64,000 nucleotides of DNA from Eledone cirrhosa (lineage: Eukaryota). The position numbers and the translations under genes were made by a program. Positions 62,705-64,000 of this stretch are shown piece by piece. Below the pieces are notes generated by a model. That model made no database searches, was not told the origin of the DNA, and saw nothing but the letters and a program-made list of their open reading frames with translations. The stretch lies in the NCBI GenBank assembly GCA_964016885.1, contig OZ024766.1:18662001-18726000 (forward strand), given 5' to 3'. Position 1 is the first letter of the stretch; every line of letters starts with the position of its first letter.

Positions 62705-63183
62705 CTGCAACGGAGAAGAAGAGGGCTTTATATACACACACACATATGTATAGACATCTATACATACATACATATATATATATATACACATGCACACATA
62801 TATAAACACATCTCATTGTATATATCTCTGTCTAGGGCAGGTAAAACTCCCGAGATCCATGGACGAGTTCTCTCCAGCGGTCTCTGTCCCTCATTATCGC
62901 TGCCATGTCCTGCGTCTCCAACAGACCAGTGTCTGTCCTAAGGGCATCAATATATGTCAACCTCGGTCCCCATCTTCCAGTGTGTACATGTAGGGGCTCC
63001 CACAGGAGCACTGAGTGCAGTGTCAACTCTGGATGTCAGTGACCATGTCCAGCTAACCTCAGTCTCCCTCTTCTTGTGTCAATGTAGGGGCTCCCACAGG
63101 AGCACTGAGTGCAGTGTCAACTCTGGATGTCGGTGAGCATGTCCAGCTAACCTGTCTCCTCTGTGTCACCCTCGAGCTGACAC

Positions 63184-63215
<32 letters not shown>

Positions 63216-63674
63216 GCACACAGGTAGATAAATTTCTATTTATTTGCCACCAGGGCATCAAAGATTGGGACAAATATAAGGGGGGGGGGGGGGGGAGTTT
63301 ACATACATTTCAAAGGACGTGTAAAAACATAACTAAAATTCAACAATCAAAGTCCTCAATAGGGAGGGGTCGTTGACGTGGGTCGCACACACCCCCGAAA
63401 AAAATATACAACCCTCCTCCTCAGGAGCACAAAGAGCAGGTGCTCCCATCCTCTCCTCTCTCGAGCACAAAGATCGGGTGCTACCTTGCTCTCCTGTCTC
63501 ACCTACAGGCTGATATAGAGAGAAGGCCCATTCACTCGGGCCATTCTCGCCACACACACAGGGTAGATAGATAGTAAGACAGCTAATATAGTGGATATAC
63601 AAGTAGCTAGATAGACAGGGAGAAAGATATATAGATAAAGAAATAGATCAACAGATAGAAAGACATATAGGTAC

Positions 63675-63792
63675 CTTAACTAGTTTAGCTTCTGGTATAA
63701 TACAAGGCAGATCACTGACTTGGTCATAGAAACACTTTAATTCTTCTAAGCTGAGTTTAGCGACATATTTGCCATCACCAGCCTGTCTGTTC
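63675..63792 (-). CDS. KDM5: KDM5/lid exon (PLU-1 region); gene continues beyond the window
   Basis: tttcag acceptor, aag|gtacct donor; NRQAGDGKYVAKLSLEELKCFYDQVSDLPCIIPEAKLVK. Confidence 0.88.
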
Positions 63793-64000
63793 CTGAAATA
63801 GATACACAAGGGATATATACATTATATACACCATTAATTAAATATATATAGTTACAACAGTGGCATATACAGGTACTTGAGTTTCGTTGGGTTAAACCCC
63901 CCCCCCCCCCAACTCATTCAGTCTAACACACATCATCATCATCATCATCATACGTCTGCTTTTCCCTGCTTGCAAGGGTGGGACGGGAACTGATTCTGGC

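Overview
Repeat-rich animal genomic DNA, probably an octopod cephalopod; this assignment rests only on my recollection of the SINE families. It holds the 3' portions of two convergent multi-exon genes. Nup62 (+ strand) has 6 exons at 626-8512 and its last intron is GC-AG. The H3K4 demethylase KDM5/lid/JARID1 (- strand) has 12 phase-consistent exons at 63792-26885, plus a probable tiny terminal exon at 22823-22813. Almost all long ORFs in the ORF track are artefacts of microsatellites and minisatellites. Introns and the intergenic region contain: a tRNA-derived SINE with an internal 49-bp VNTR; fragments of its likely RTE-type partner LINE; a second (Deu/Nin-like) SINE; a non-autonomous Helitron; and many locally amplified minisatellites. 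There are two main hidden signals. First, about 11 minimal type-I hammerhead-ribozyme motifs from about 6 unrelated short element families, typically with palindromic stem III and often as inverted pairs, resembling Penelope pseudo-LTRs or retrozymes. Second, repeated duplication of the genes' own 5' splice sites, up to dozens of copies, creating arrays of decoy donors.
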